The notes beneath the pieces were generated by a model that was not told the origin of the DNA, searched no databases, and saw only the letters and a list, made by a program, of their open reading frames with translations. From the IMG/VR virus record IMGVR_UViG_3300045988_148893, positions 1 through 40,407 of that record: 40,407 bases of DNA, one strand, 5' to 3'. The stretch is from a virus. This document shows, piece by piece, positions 7,963 to 17,665 of this stretch (position 1 is the first letter of the stretch; each line of letters begins with the position of its first letter). The translations under genes and the position numbers were made by a program.

Positions 7963-10095
7963 CTAATGCACCCCTTCCGCTACTGCTGACATTTCTTCTT
8001 CCAATCTTGTCTTTAAATGAGTAACTATTCCTTCCATATCAGCTTTTGAAGAACCATTAATAACATTTGACATATCTACACTGATTTTTGCTGTTGTAAA
8101 TCTGTTAATTGCTCTCTGTTCTGCATAATCCTTTATGTACTTAAGCTGCTGATTTGTAATATCCAATGAATCCGATGTTTTTGCAGTGTTTGCTGCTGTT
8201 TCAGCCGTGTTATTTGTAATGGCATCTGTTCCATAGCTATAGTCTTTATCCTTTGTTTCACCTTTCTTAAAAAGATTACCAAAAGTATTCTTAACCTTAC
8301 TTTCAACACCCTTTCCAAGATTGTATCCTTTTCCATAAGCATCACCATAATTAATTCTGTAATCAATGCTTGGAGCTTCTTTATTTAATGTAATTGAATT
8401 TTCATTTTTACCCCAAGAAGTAACTGTATCTTGTAAAGAAGTTAATCCACTGGTCCAATCTGTTCCAAATATGGCATCTATAATCTTGGTAACAACTTTT
8501 CCAAGACTTAAAAACCATGATATAATCTGACCTATCAGATTTGCAACTGCACCACCAAAAGAATCAAATCCACCATTTGTAACATTTAAAATCCATTCAA
8601 TTATGCCAATAAAAGGCTGAACAAAAATACTCCATACAGCCTGAATTATTGCGTTAATCGTTCCTATTCCTACATTTATGATTGCTGCTCCTGCTGATAC
8701 CACTACACCAAAAATCACACCTGTAGCAGAACGGGTCTTATTCTGTACCTTGTTAATTGCTGCCACAACCAGATAAATAGCTGCTATTACCGCAATAATA
8801 GCAATAATAATCCATGTTAATGGGCATGATAATAATGCCGCATTGAATGCAATCTGTGAAGCTGTTGCACCTGTTGTTGCAGCGGCTTCCTTTGCTGTAA
8901 CAGTTCCATGTGCTACGGCAAACAGTATTGATATCTGTTTTAATCCGTTGCTTATTGCTTCATATGTATTATGCAAAAATAATATACCATTATATATAGC
9001 TAAGGCTGTTACGATTCCCATTATAACCGGCTCAATAATAGACCAATTAGATTTAAAGAAATTAATCATTTGCGTTCCTGTATTAATAATTCCTGTTATC
9101 GCTCCCATAACCAATACAGATGCATTTGCAAAGCCTGTCGCTATCAGCTGTATGGTTGGCAGATTGTTATGTATTGCATTAAACATACTAACAATCGCCG
9201 GCTGTACCTGTTGACCTATAGTTGTTTTAACCGCATCAAAATCCCTTTTATTTCTTGCCATTACTCCCTCAGGGGTTTTAGCCATTGTTTCATTCATCTT
9301 TCCTACATTCTGCTCTATTACCTGAGCCAACATATTAGCCTTTTCCATCTCAGTTCCATTTTTCATTACCTTTTCCTGATAATCCGTAAATGAAATGCCT
9401 GCACGTCTTAATGCTCCAACCTGACCAGTCATAACCTTACCTGTCATATTACCGATATTAACCATATCCTCATTAGTAACATTAACACCATGCATCTGAA
9501 CCGCTAAGTCAGCCATCTTAGGTAACAAAGTTTTAACTGCATCTGTCTGATGAAAATATGTTGATGCCTGTTGTGCTCCATTTATTAAAGCTGTCTTTCC
9601 AACAACACCATAACCACTTATCTCAGAAGCAAGATTTTTCATCATATTAACCTGTGATGTTCCTGCTCCCTGCATTGCACCCATTACTTCAGTAAGTTTT
9701 GTCTCTGCCTGATGTAATTGAGATACCTTTTCATTACATTCACCTATAAAGCTGGCTCCCTGTCTTATAAGAAATATTCCACCAAAAGAAGCTACCAAAC
9801 CTTTAACTGTGGAAAGTAATCCTCTTGCTGAATTTGTCCCCTCTCTTACTTTACCATTGTATGCTTCTTGACTTATTGAAGCTCTTGACGTGTCACTTGC
9901 TATCTGCTTAATCTCTGCATCTGCCAATCCTAAATGTGTTCTGGCAGAAGCTAATTTAGAAGAATTAAACATATTTCCTGACACACCCTGGGCTCTTTCA
10001 CATTCATTAATTACAGTTGAGACAGCATTAGTTATGTTCATAAGCGGTGCCGTCATTCTGTCTGTTAACTGAAATGAAGTCATTATTGATGCCAT
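7963..10095 (-). CDS. Tail tape measure protein
   Basis: 710 aa. Helical N-terminal part, long hydrophobic Gly/Ala/Ile-rich central segments. Lies after the chaperone pair. Confidence 0.85.
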   Translation of the reverse strand: MASIMTSFQLTDRMTAPLMNITNAVSTVINECERAQGVSGNMFNSSKLASARTHLGLADAEIKQIASDTSRASISQEAYNGKVREGTNSARGLLSTVKGLVASFGGIFLIRQGASFIGECNEKVSQLHQAETKLTEVMGAMQGAGTSQVNMMKNLASEISGYGVVGKTALINGAQQASTYFHQTDAVKTLLPKMADLAVQMHGVNVTNEDMVNIGNMTGKVMTGQVGALRRAGISFTDYQEKVMKNGTEMEKANMLAQVIEQNVGKMNETMAKTPEGVMARNKRDFDAVKTTIGQQVQPAIVSMFNAIHNNLPTIQLIATGFANASVLVMGAITGIINTGTQMINFFKSNWSIIEPVIMGIVTALAIYNGILFLHNTYEAISNGLKQISILFAVAHGTVTAKEAAATTGATASQIAFNAALLSCPLTWIIIAIIAVIAAIYLVVAAINKVQNKTRSATGVIFGVVVSAGAAIINVGIGTINAIIQAVWSIFVQPFIGIIEWILNVTNGGFDSFGGAVANLIGQIISWFLSLGKVVTKIIDAIFGTDWTSGLTSLQDTVTSWGKNENSITLNKEAPSIDYRINYGDAYGKGYNLGKGVESKVKNTFGNLFKKGETKDKDYSYGTDAITNNTAETAANTAKTSDSLDITNQQLKYIKDYAEQRAINRFTTAKISVDMSNVINGSSKADMEGIVTHLKTRLEEEMSAVAEGVH

Positions 10096-10099
10096 CTCT

Positions 10100-10285
10100 T
10101 TACCTTACCTTTCCAACTTTCTTGCTTTCTTCCTCTTCCTGCTCAACTCTTGCATTAATGGAAGCAATCACAAAAGCTCTCTCATTTTTATCCAAACTCA
10201 TAAAAAATGAAGGTGTCCAATGAAATTTATGTAGACAGTAATATGCATACATTGAATCAGGATCACCTTCATCTATTAGTTTTTT
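10100..10285 (-). CDS. -1 frame extension of the tail assembly chaperone (G/GT-like; the fused product would span 10100..10710)
   Basis: The -1 frame is open from the slippery site: ..KKLIDEGDPDSMYAYYCLHKFHWTPSFFMSLDKNERAFVIASINARVEQEEEE... It ends 4 nt before the tape measure ATG. Confidence 0.65.
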   Translation of the reverse strand, partial: KKLIDEGDPDSMYAYYCLHKFHWTPSFFMSLDKNERAFVIASINARVEQEEEESKKVGKVR

Positions 10286-10710
10286 GCTTCGTTAACTTTA
10301 TCCTGTAATGTTTCGTCAAATCCATTAAACTTCTGAATAAATTCAGCAAACTCATTATATTCTCCCGGATTATCAATCATCTGCTTAATTAAGTCTTCCG
10401 GATTCATTACACCATAAGAATCCTGTAATTCCTTATTGTATAAATCAGGTTCTGCAACAGATGCACACATCAGCTTTGCAATAAACAATGAAGAATTAAA
10501 TTTCTGTCTGTAAACACCCGGCTTTCCTGTAACCTGAACCTCTGTTGTACACTTTTCTCTAATTCTTTCATATTCCTCAGTTGAAACTGCCTTAATCTTC
10601 CAATCCAATGGAGTTCCATTTTCGTCACATAATGAAGCGGTTACCTTATATGCCACGTCATCCTTATATTTCTTATTTTTCTTTAAAAAAGCACTTAAAT
10701 TAGTTGCCAT
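10276..10710 (-). CDS. Tail assembly chaperone (XkdN-like)
   Basis: 144 aa. Lies between the tube and tape measure genes. N-terminus is MATNLSAFLKKNKK. Confidence 0.7.
   Translation of the reverse strand: MATNLSAFLKKNKKYKDDVAYKVTASLCDENGTPLDWKIKAVSTEEYERIREKCTTEVQVTGKPGVYRQKFNSSLFIAKLMCASVAEPDLYNKELQDSYGVMNPEDLIKQMIDNPGEYNEFAEFIQKFNGFDETLQDKVNEAKN
10279..10285 (-). promoter_or_regulatory. Candidate -1 programmed frameshift heptamer A_AAA_AAC
   Basis: The zero frame reads GCA AAA AAC TAA, which is X_XXY_YYZ in the correct phase, immediately before the chaperone stop. Confidence 0.6.
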
Positions 10711-10730
10711 ATTCCTTACCTTCTCTTTCT

Positions 10731-10770
10731 AAAAAATAATGGATAAGAAGCTTTTTAGTTCTCCTTATCC
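10731..10770 (-). terminator. Hairpin plus T-run between tube and chaperone genes (attenuator/terminator)
   Basis: Minus strand: GGATAAGGAG-N10-CTTCTTATCC (10 bp, one G-U pair), followed by ATTATTTTTT. Confidence 0.5.
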
Positions 10771-10777
10771 ACGTTAC

Positions 10778-11272
10778 TTATTTTTTCTGTTCCACATTTG
10801 TCATGTAATCAGGTGTTTTATACTTGTTCTTAGCGCTACTTGCATAATCCATTGCATAACATTCAATGTCCTGTTCAATAAAATCTCCATCAGCATCAAA
10901 TGATGAAAGAAGTACATCTCCATCAATAATGCATTCATAATAATTTTTTTCACTCGTTCCAATGGTTGTTGCCGGATCTGATGCCGCTACTTCTACAGTA
11001 AAAGTTGGAAGAACTCCGGTATTTTTATATTCTTCAATCACTTCATCAAACATCTCACTACATTTATACAATGTCATTTTAAGCTTGATTTCCAAACCAT
11101 TTGGCTTCTTGCCCTTTATTGTTTTACCAAGAATAGGCACATCAGCAAGACTAACATTTGCCTTTGCTTCAAAATTCTTAGCATTAAGCATTCCATATCT
11201 TTGTCCACCAACAATACAATACAAGGTTGCAAGTCTGCTGGAAGGTGCATCATTTGGATTCATAAAACTCAT
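10778..11272 (-). CDS. Tail tube protein (XkdM-like)
   Basis: 164 aa, directly after the sheath gene. Sequence pattern is LYCIVGGQRYGMLNAKNFEAKANV. Confidence 0.8.
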   Translation of the reverse strand: MSFMNPNDAPSSRLATLYCIVGGQRYGMLNAKNFEAKANVSLADVPILGKTIKGKKPNGLEIKLKMTLYKCSEMFDEVIEEYKNTGVLPTFTVEVAASDPATTIGTSEKNYYECIIDGDVLLSSFDADGDFIEQDIECYAMDYASSAKNKYKTPDYMTNVEQKK

Positions 11273-11292
11273 CTATCTCACTCTCCATTTCT

Positions 11293-12585
11293 CTAATTAA
11301 TGACAGTCGTCATATATAATTTATCCATTAAGCCAATAACAGTTACATTTGTTAAAATCACCACAGACCTTCTTTCAGTTCCTCTTTCAACAGAAATGTC
11401 TTCCTCTGAAAAATCCTCAATGGCTCTTACAGATTCAAGGTGCTTAAACACCTCTCTAATATCATTTCTAAGAGAATTTCTTCCTGCATCATCGTTTGGA
11501 ATCTTTCCAATATACTTACTGTTAAAAACAGATGCCACATTGTCTGCAATGTAATCAATCACACGAATTGTCTGATTCTCCTGAAAAATGCTCCCCTTAT
11601 CCTCTGTTACTGTTGTAAGGGAATTAATGTCTCTTAAAACCCTAAGTTCATCACCACACTTATGAATAACAAACTTTCCTGAAGTTATGGCATTTTCAAG
11701 TTCTGCCTGAGTATACTGGCAGTTAATTTCTTCCAGTTCCCCATCATATAACATATTTGTGCAAGCCTTGTTGACACCACAGGCTGCTTCTGCTCCTGCG
11801 ACCCACGGAATAACATCCTTTGTGTTCATAACATTAATGATTCCCTCATAATCAGCTTCACAATTATACATTACAGTCTGAAACTTAATACCCATTTCAT
11901 CACGCATTCTTATTGTCCATGACTTATACACTTCCTGCAATTTTGTGTCTGTTTCCATAATCACAACCACATTAAAAGCGTAATTCTCCAATAACTGCAT
12001 AAACATTATATGAGCCTCATTTGTTGGCTTATCATTAATTCCACCTGTACCTCCTGTTAAGAATGTTCCGGCAGTTTCTTCAAGTTCAAATGATTTCTTC
12101 CATTCAATAAATGCATTGTCTTTTAATTCACCTGAATTTGCTACTGTCTGAATGTCAACTAATGTTGTATCCATATAGGTTGACACGTCATACTTTTCTG
12201 TCTGATCAATGTTTTTCTTGATAACAATCTTTATTGAATTTCCTCTTGAGCCCTTACACTTGGCATCTGCATACTTACAACCTGCCTTTGCTCCATTATT
12301 GTTAATCTTAAAAAACAAACCTTTACTTGCATGTTTAAACACTTCCCTAACATTAATAAGATTTCCATCATATGGACTTCTTCCGAAAACTTCCAATGCA
12401 ACCTTTTCAAATTCATCAGCAGTCACTTCAAAAATCTTATCATCAGGTCCCCAGTCCAAACATATTGGCATGGCAACCACGCCACTTTCCGTATTGTTCT
12501 TAATTGAATTTCTACTAATAACATTTACATAAGTTCCCGGAAGAACCTTATTCTGTGCTGTAAATGTTCCACCACCTAATGCCAT
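11293..12585 (-). CDS. Contractile tail sheath protein
   Basis: 430 aa. The N-terminus MALGGGTFTAQNKVLPGTYVNV is typical of sheath proteins. Confidence 0.9.
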   Translation of the reverse strand: MALGGGTFTAQNKVLPGTYVNVISRNSIKNNTESGVVAMPICLDWGPDDKIFEVTADEFEKVALEVFGRSPYDGNLINVREVFKHASKGLFFKINNNGAKAGCKYADAKCKGSRGNSIKIVIKKNIDQTEKYDVSTYMDTTLVDIQTVANSGELKDNAFIEWKKSFELEETAGTFLTGGTGGINDKPTNEAHIMFMQLLENYAFNVVVIMETDTKLQEVYKSWTIRMRDEMGIKFQTVMYNCEADYEGIINVMNTKDVIPWVAGAEAACGVNKACTNMLYDGELEEINCQYTQAELENAITSGKFVIHKCGDELRVLRDINSLTTVTEDKGSIFQENQTIRVIDYIADNVASVFNSKYIGKIPNDDAGRNSLRNDIREVFKHLESVRAIEDFSEEDISVERGTERRSVVILTNVTVIGLMDKLYMTTVIN

Positions 12586-12711
12586 TTAGTTTACCTTTCC
12601 TTTCTTCCATTTTTTCAAAATATCATCTGCTTCTTCAACGGAATATTCATCTTCATCATTCAACAGAGCGTTTAAAATATCCCTGTCCTGTAAAAACCTT
12701 TTTGACTTCAT
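12586..12711 (-). CDS. Possible small ORF (41 aa) abutting the sheath start
   Basis: MKSKRFLQDRDILNALLNDEDEYSVEEADDILKKWKKGKVN. Its TAA is directly followed by the sheath ATG. Below the track cutoff and without a clear RBS. Confidence 0.3.
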   Translation of the reverse strand: MKSKRFLQDRDILNALLNDEDEYSVEEADDILKKWKKGKVN

Positions 12712-12742
12712 CAATTCGCTTTTTCCGTATTTTACAGATGTC

Positions 12743-13192
12743 TTATTCTTTGCTTCCATCTGTTAAACCTCCTACACCTGTTCTTATTTCATAACTTTCA
12801 AACTTATCCTTGTCTTCCTGTTTCTCCATAACAAATGTTTCATAAGTTACCTGAAACTGCAAAACACCGTCAACCATCTGACCTGTCATTTCTGCTGAAT
12901 GAAGCTTAAATCCATCAACCTCAATATCCCTTAACAAGTACTGTAATTCTTCCAGCACTTCCATTCCTTCACTATGACAATTATCACTCTTAGGCCAATA
13001 CCTGATAATAAATGGAACTGTCTTTAGAAATCGTGGTCCAAGTTTACGTCTTAAGGAAGGATTTAAGCACAAAACAGAAAAACAAGGCTCTTTTAGGCTC
13101 TGTTTCACTGCTTCTGTATATATCTCATATTTTTCTTCACCGTAGGACTGCCTTATCTGTCTTACAATCCCATCAATCATCTTATTTATCAT
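12743..13192 (-). CDS. Neck / tail-completion protein (XkdJ position; family not recognised)
   Basis: 149 aa. Lies between the HK97 gp10-like gene and the sheath gene. Confidence 0.5.
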   Translation of the reverse strand: MINKMIDGIVRQIRQSYGEEKYEIYTEAVKQSLKEPCFSVLCLNPSLRRKLGPRFLKTVPFIIRYWPKSDNCHSEGMEVLEELQYLLRDIEVDGFKLHSAEMTGQMVDGVLQFQVTYETFVMEKQEDKDKFESYEIRTGVGGLTDGSKE

Positions 13193-13650
13193 TTAACTGC
13201 TCCTGATAACCATTTTTTCAACTTAGCTTCAAGAATACCCGGGGCACTCTGCCTAATCTCCTGTTCAGACAAAGTAAGCATATACTTTCCTTCAACCCAT
13301 CCTGTCCCGTTTGCCGTTCTATGGCCAAACTCAACATATGATGCATATTCAACAGGATTGATAATCTCTATTACATATGTATCACCGAAATGATGAACAG
13401 TAAGAGAATCTGCATAAGACGTTGCAGCCTGATTGGTTCCAGCCGTCCATCCTCTTCTAAGCGTTCCACCTACTTTTCCTGAATTGGAAGGATACGTACC
13501 TACCGGAGTTCTTTTAATTACTTTTGCAAGAAGTCTTGCAGCAATCTCCCTTGATGCAGCTTCAAAAAAATCATCAGAATTTCTTGCCATTGCTTCAAGA
13601 CTGTCCCTTAACTGCTCCAACTGCTTACAATCAATTTTAGAATCACTCAC
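13189..13650 (-). CDS. HK97 gp10-family head-tail joining protein
   Basis: RTPVGTYP..GGTLRRGWT..IEIINPVEYASYVEFGHRT matches the gp10-family pattern. Confidence 0.75.
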   Translation of the reverse strand: MSDSKIDCKQLEQLRDSLEAMARNSDDFFEAASREIAARLLAKVIKRTPVGTYPSNSGKVGGTLRRGWTAGTNQAATSYADSLTVHHFGDTYVIEIINPVEYASYVEFGHRTANGTGWVEGKYMLTLSEQEIRQSAPGILEAKLKKWLSGAVK

Positions 13651-14018
13651 GCCTTATCCTCCACCAAATCAAGCAAAATCTCCTGATGTGTAGGATAAAC
13701 CGCAGGTCTTCCACTACTTTTGTAGGCTACCACACCACCAACGCCCTTTACCAATATTTTAGAACCCGGCTTAACATTGATTTCAGGTGCCATAAACAAT
13801 TTAATGACCTGAGTAACATCTGAATCAGCCTCATTCTCTGAATTGGAACTTATATTGCTGTAAGAAAGTCTGCAACAAACATCTGACTGCACCATTACCT
13901 CTTCAAAGTTAGTCACAGAAGAAACAACAACCTTTTTCTTTTCAAAAATATCAGCCCTAAAGTCATATGACATTTCTATTGCCTTTCTGGTTCTTAAAAC
14001 TGTATTTTTCGAAAGCAT
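13647..14018 (-). CDS. Head closure / head-tail adaptor protein
   Basis: 123 aa. Assigned by position and size in the connector cluster. Confidence 0.55.
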   Translation of the reverse strand: MLSKNTVLRTRKAIEMSYDFRADIFEKKKVVVSSVTNFEEVMVQSDVCCRLSYSNISSNSENEADSDVTQVIKLFMAPEINVKPGSKILVKGVGGVVAYKSSGRPAVYPTHQEILLDLVEDKA

Positions 14019-14374
14019 TTAATCAACTCCTCTCCACTGCACCTTAATCTGTTCAGCATAACATTAAAAGCCTCATCAGAAGATGTGCCACTGAAATTAA
14101 CAGAAGTATCTCCTACCTTTACAGAACTTACTGCCTGCTCTAAGTCAAATTCTTCAAGCTTACCTGTTGTTTTAAGCAAATACAAAAATTCACCGCACAC
14201 TCTTTCACAGGCTGATTCAAACAATCCCTTTGGAAGTTTCTTAACATGGCATCTGGAATTTAACTCAGAAACAACCTTATCAATGCAGAACATCAATAAT
14301 GAATAATCATCTTCTGAATACTCATAGCCAATGTTCTTCAATAATTCTATGACCTTATCTTCCAATAACTCCAT
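13994..14374 (-). CDS. gp6-like head-tail connector protein
   Basis: The N-terminal IELLKNIGYEYSEDDYSLLMFCIDKV pattern is typical of Phage_connect_1 proteins. Confidence 0.65.
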   Translation of the reverse strand: MELLEDKVIELLKNIGYEYSEDDYSLLMFCIDKVVSELNSRCHVKKLPKGLFESACERVCGEFLYLLKTTGKLEEFDLEQAVSSVKVGDTSVNFSGTSSDEAFNVMLNRLRCSGEELIKCFRKIQF

Positions 14375-14537
14375 CTCCTTCCTTTAGCTGTGAATGCGTG
14401 TATGACTTTAACTCAGAGTGCTTATACAATGATAAATAATCATTCGAAATAATTGAGACGGATATTGAAAATGTTTCTCCACAGTTTACAATCTGCTTAC
14501 TTAACTTTGCATCAATAATGATGTTTTTATTCATCAA
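14355..14537 (-). CDS. Hypothetical head-module protein (60 aa)
   Basis: ORF overlaps both neighbours by a few nt. The C-terminal HSELKSYTHSQLKEG resembles the XkdU-like C-terminus. Confidence 0.5.
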   Translation of the reverse strand: MMNKNIIIDAKLSKQIVNCGETFSISVSIISNDYLSLYKHSELKSYTHSQLKEGDGVIGR

Positions 14538-14809
14538 ACCACCTCAATTTGTACTCTCTTTTTCAGTATTTCATCAGCAATATAATATGTAATCTCCAAA
14601 CAATATCGCATTGACTTACTTAAAGGATTCAACTTCACCGTAATGCAATGCTCATTTATGGTGCAGTTTCCTTCTGTTTCAAGTTCCCTGTCCTTATAGA
14701 GCTTATATGTTGCCCTTGATATTTCAAATTCCTCATTCTTTGTAGACTTAACAAGAAATTTTAAATACTTGTCCTCACCTAAAATAAAGTTAATGTTCAC
14801 ACGCATCAC
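14534..14809 (-). CDS. Hypothetical head-module protein (91 aa)
   Basis: ORF tightly packed between its neighbours. Confidence 0.5.
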   Translation of the reverse strand: MMRVNINFILGEDKYLKFLVKSTKNEEFEISRATYKLYKDRELETEGNCTINEHCITVKLNPLSKSMRYCLEITYYIADEILKKRVQIEVV

Positions 14810-15104
14810 CTCTTCTTAATAGTTCTATACAAAAACTGCTTTCTGACAATTCAGAAAAATAATTATCATTAATGTATGTACATTGGTATGGTAATGGCTC
14901 AATGGTAAATTTCATTGCCGTTGCATCATAAGAAAATAACACATCAGTACAATATGCTATGTTCCCGGCTTCATCAAATGCAGTAAGTTCCATTACATAC
15001 CTTCCACTCTTTTGTGCCGGTACCTCGGCAGTCCAGATGTCTCCCTTCAACCTTGTAAAGATAACATCCTGACCTTCAACCTTACCAATAAGCCTTACTA
15101 CCAT
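14790..15104 (-). CDS. Hypothetical beta-sandwich-like protein (104 aa)
   Basis: The WTAEVPAQKSGRYVMELTAFDEAGN pattern is Ig-like. Follows the Ig-repeat protein. Confidence 0.5.
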   Translation of the reverse strand: MVVRLIGKVEGQDVIFTRLKGDIWTAEVPAQKSGRYVMELTAFDEAGNIAYCTDVLFSYDATAMKFTIEPLPYQCTYINDNYFSELSESSFCIELLRRGDACEH

Positions 15105-16010
15105 TTAGTCTGTAACCTCCACAGAAATTGTATATGTTGCGCCGGCATTAACTGGATTTGGCGAAATAGTAACTGACTGAATAACCGGTGCAGTCTGGTC
15201 AAGTACAACCTTCTTTGTAACTGTAGATGTCTTTCCTGCTCCATCCTTTGCCGTAATGACAATGGTATTTTCTCCTGTCACTAATGTAAGTGTCTTTGTA
15301 AAGCTTCCATCACTTCCAACTTCAACAGTCTGTTCAGTTCCACCATTAAGCTTAATAGTAAGAGTTACCGGTGAGCTTGTAACATCATTAGTAGTACCCT
15401 TAACAACAAGAGATGACTGATTTGTAACAAGATTGTCAACCGGTGCTGATACTGACAATTCAGGTGGAACAGTGTCAACAGTAAATGTTACACTCTTCTG
15501 AGTTGCAACATTACCATCATAATCACTTGCGGATACCTTAATTATGTGAGTTCCATCTGACAAAGCTGTAGTTGGTGTATAACTACATGTATAATTCTTT
15601 CCTGACTGTGTCTTAGTAATTCCTGTTGTAATAGTCTGGCTATCAATAATAAGCTTAATTGTTGATGGATTAACACCTGAATCTGCATCTGTAACAGTCC
15701 AGTTAATAACAGGCTTGTTATTAGTCAACTTAGCAGAAGATGAAGGTGCTGTTATTGAAATAACAGGTGCAACCTTTTCCTTAACCTTGAGCTGTAAGCT
15801 TGAACCAAGTGTTGCGTCCGTTGCATCCTTTGTCACACTGTTTCCAGCTTCATCAGTAGCCTTAACCTTAACATTATAATAATGTCCATTCTGATTGTAT
15901 GATGATGTTGACGGAGCTGTTATTGTAGCCTCATACTTCTTAGTTGTGGCATTATATGTCAGAGTATGGGTTTGTCCGTTAATTACAACCTGTACTGCTT
16001 TTACTGCCAT
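15105..16010 (-). CDS. Ig-like repeat protein (probable capsid decoration/adhesion protein)
   Basis: 301 aa, Thr/Val-rich. Repeated units such as ..TVTDADSGVNPSTIKL..DGTHIIKVSASDYDGN..TFTVDTVPP. Lies directly after the capsid gene. Confidence 0.6.
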   Translation of the reverse strand: MAVKAVQVVINGQTHTLTYNATTKKYEATITAPSTSSYNQNGHYYNVKVKATDEAGNSVTKDATDATLGSSLQLKVKEKVAPVISITAPSSSAKLTNNKPVINWTVTDADSGVNPSTIKLIIDSQTITTGITKTQSGKNYTCSYTPTTALSDGTHIIKVSASDYDGNVATQKSVTFTVDTVPPELSVSAPVDNLVTNQSSLVVKGTTNDVTSSPVTLTIKLNGGTEQTVEVGSDGSFTKTLTLVTGENTIVITAKDGAGKTSTVTKKVVLDQTAPVIQSVTISPNPVNAGATYTISVEVTD

Positions 16011-16024
16011 AGGTAATGCCCTCC

Positions 16025-17035
16025 TTATCCTAATTTATGCTTAAATGCAACAATTCTAATCTGCTTAGGCTCATAAACAGGATTCCAGTTAGCTGGGTCT
16101 GCAAGTTCTACTCTTGAAGGACCTTCTGTCTTTGCCACATTTGCGTTAGTAAAGGCAATTCCTCTAGGATGAAGAATTGTCGTTCTTCTGTTAATAAGGT
16201 AATCAACACCTGAACCCTTTCTCTTTGCCCTATCAGTTTCAGTTGGAACAAATCCTTCAGGATTTCCGTTACCTAATGCAACTGCTCCATTACCAAAAAG
16301 ATATGTTGTGTAAGCCTTAGTTTTTAAATCATATGGGCATCCATCATCAATGATTACTCTCTTGCCCTGATATGTACCAAATGCTACATCGTTTGATGGC
16401 TGTACTGTTTCGATCAGATTCTGTTTCTTAAGGTATGCTTCTGTAGCTGAATGCATACAGATGCCTGTAAGCTGCGCTTTAGCATCTCCTAACTTCTGTT
16501 CTGCATCAATAAATGCTGAACCACTCCAATTAGCTGCATTTCCTGAATTACCTGAAATATCTAAAAGATTAGATGCAAGTCTTGTTTCTGCTGCCTTCTG
16601 TGGCTCCTTAACTTCCGGAATTGTTCCAAACACACCATTAAGAATTGCAATAAGTTCTTTCTGCATGTCTCTTGCCCAGAACTGTGCCACCAAATCACCG
16701 ATTGCTTTCATTGGATCTGCTCCTGAAAGTGCTGCTGATAAATCTGTTGCGCTCCACATTTTTGCTCTTCTTAATACTGCTGCCACATCCTTGTTTGAAG
16801 TAATTTTGTTATCTTCAAGGTCTGCTCCTTCAATTACCTGCTCTGATTCTCCTGTTAAATCCTCGAAGAATGGCATAGTTACTAATGGTGATGCCTGAGA
16901 AGCCAAAGCATCAAATTCAGCATTGTTTGTAACAATTCCACTATTAAATAATGCTGATAATTCCATTGTTCTGTTTAATACGTATGGAGTAAATAACTCC
17001 GGTACAATTACGTCCTGTAATGTTGTTCCTGGCAT
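16025..17035 (-). CDS. Major capsid protein
   Basis: 336 aa, following the scaffold gene. The N-terminus DVIVPELFTPYVLNRTMELSALFNSGIV is typical of this capsid family. Confidence 0.8.
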   Translation of the reverse strand: MPGTTLQDVIVPELFTPYVLNRTMELSALFNSGIVTNNAEFDALASQASPLVTMPFFEDLTGESEQVIEGADLEDNKITSNKDVAAVLRRAKMWSATDLSAALSGADPMKAIGDLVAQFWARDMQKELIAILNGVFGTIPEVKEPQKAAETRLASNLLDISGNSGNAANWSGSAFIDAEQKLGDAKAQLTGICMHSATEAYLKKQNLIETVQPSNDVAFGTYQGKRVIIDDGCPYDLKTKAYTTYLFGNGAVALGNGNPEGFVPTETDRAKRKGSGVDYLINRRTTILHPRGIAFTNANVAKTEGPSRVELADPANWNPVYEPKQIRIVAFKHKLG

Positions 17036-17065
17036 TTCTAATACCTACCTTTCCTAAATTTTTCA

Positions 17066-17665
17066 TTAAATTGTAATTCCGGCTGCTGCTGCCATTTCCT
17101 TGGCCTGTGCCGGATTCTCCTTAAGCAGCTTGCCCTGCTCTGTTAAGTTAAATGTTTCCTTGGCAAAAGGATTCTTTGTAGGACTTCCACCCTTGCTAGG
17201 TTCATATCCTGCTTTCTGCTTAAACAGATGTGCCATAGTCTTATCTTCCCTGTAAGCCTTAATTGATTCGTCAACACCAATAGGATTGTTGTCCTTGTCA
17301 AATGTAAACTTATCAATTCCACCAGCCTTATAGATAAGATAATCAGGATCCAATACTCCCAACTTTGTAAGCTGTTCCCTTAATGCATATTGTTTTGAAG
17401 TATTAACTGCTGCTGCCTTAAGATTTCCGATTTCTATTTCATAATCTTTAATCTTATTCTGGAGTTCCTCATTGTCTCCATTTTCCTTCTTTAATGTTGT
17501 GATTGTTGCATTAGCTGTCTTCAATTCCTCGCATTTATCATTAAACACGTTCTTTGGTACAGCGTGCTTAGGAAACTCTTTCTTTGCAGCCTCCATTACT
17601 TCATCAACATTAAGTTTTCCATCTGTAATCTTTGCTTTTTCAAGCAATTCCTTTAACCATTCCAT
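17066..17665 (-). CDS. Scaffolding protein (GP20-like)
   Basis: Start moved to MEWLKELLEKA (RBS GGAGGTAATAAAA). Coiled-coil rich, upstream of the capsid gene. Confidence 0.7.
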   Translation of the reverse strand: MEWLKELLEKAKITDGKLNVDEVMEAAKKEFPKHAVPKNVFNDKCEELKTANATITTLKKENGDNEELQNKIKDYEIEIGNLKAAAVNTSKQYALREQLTKLGVLDPDYLIYKAGGIDKFTFDKDNNPIGVDESIKAYREDKTMAHLFKQKAGYEPSKGGSPTKNPFAKETFNLTEQGKLLKENPAQAKEMAAAAGITI

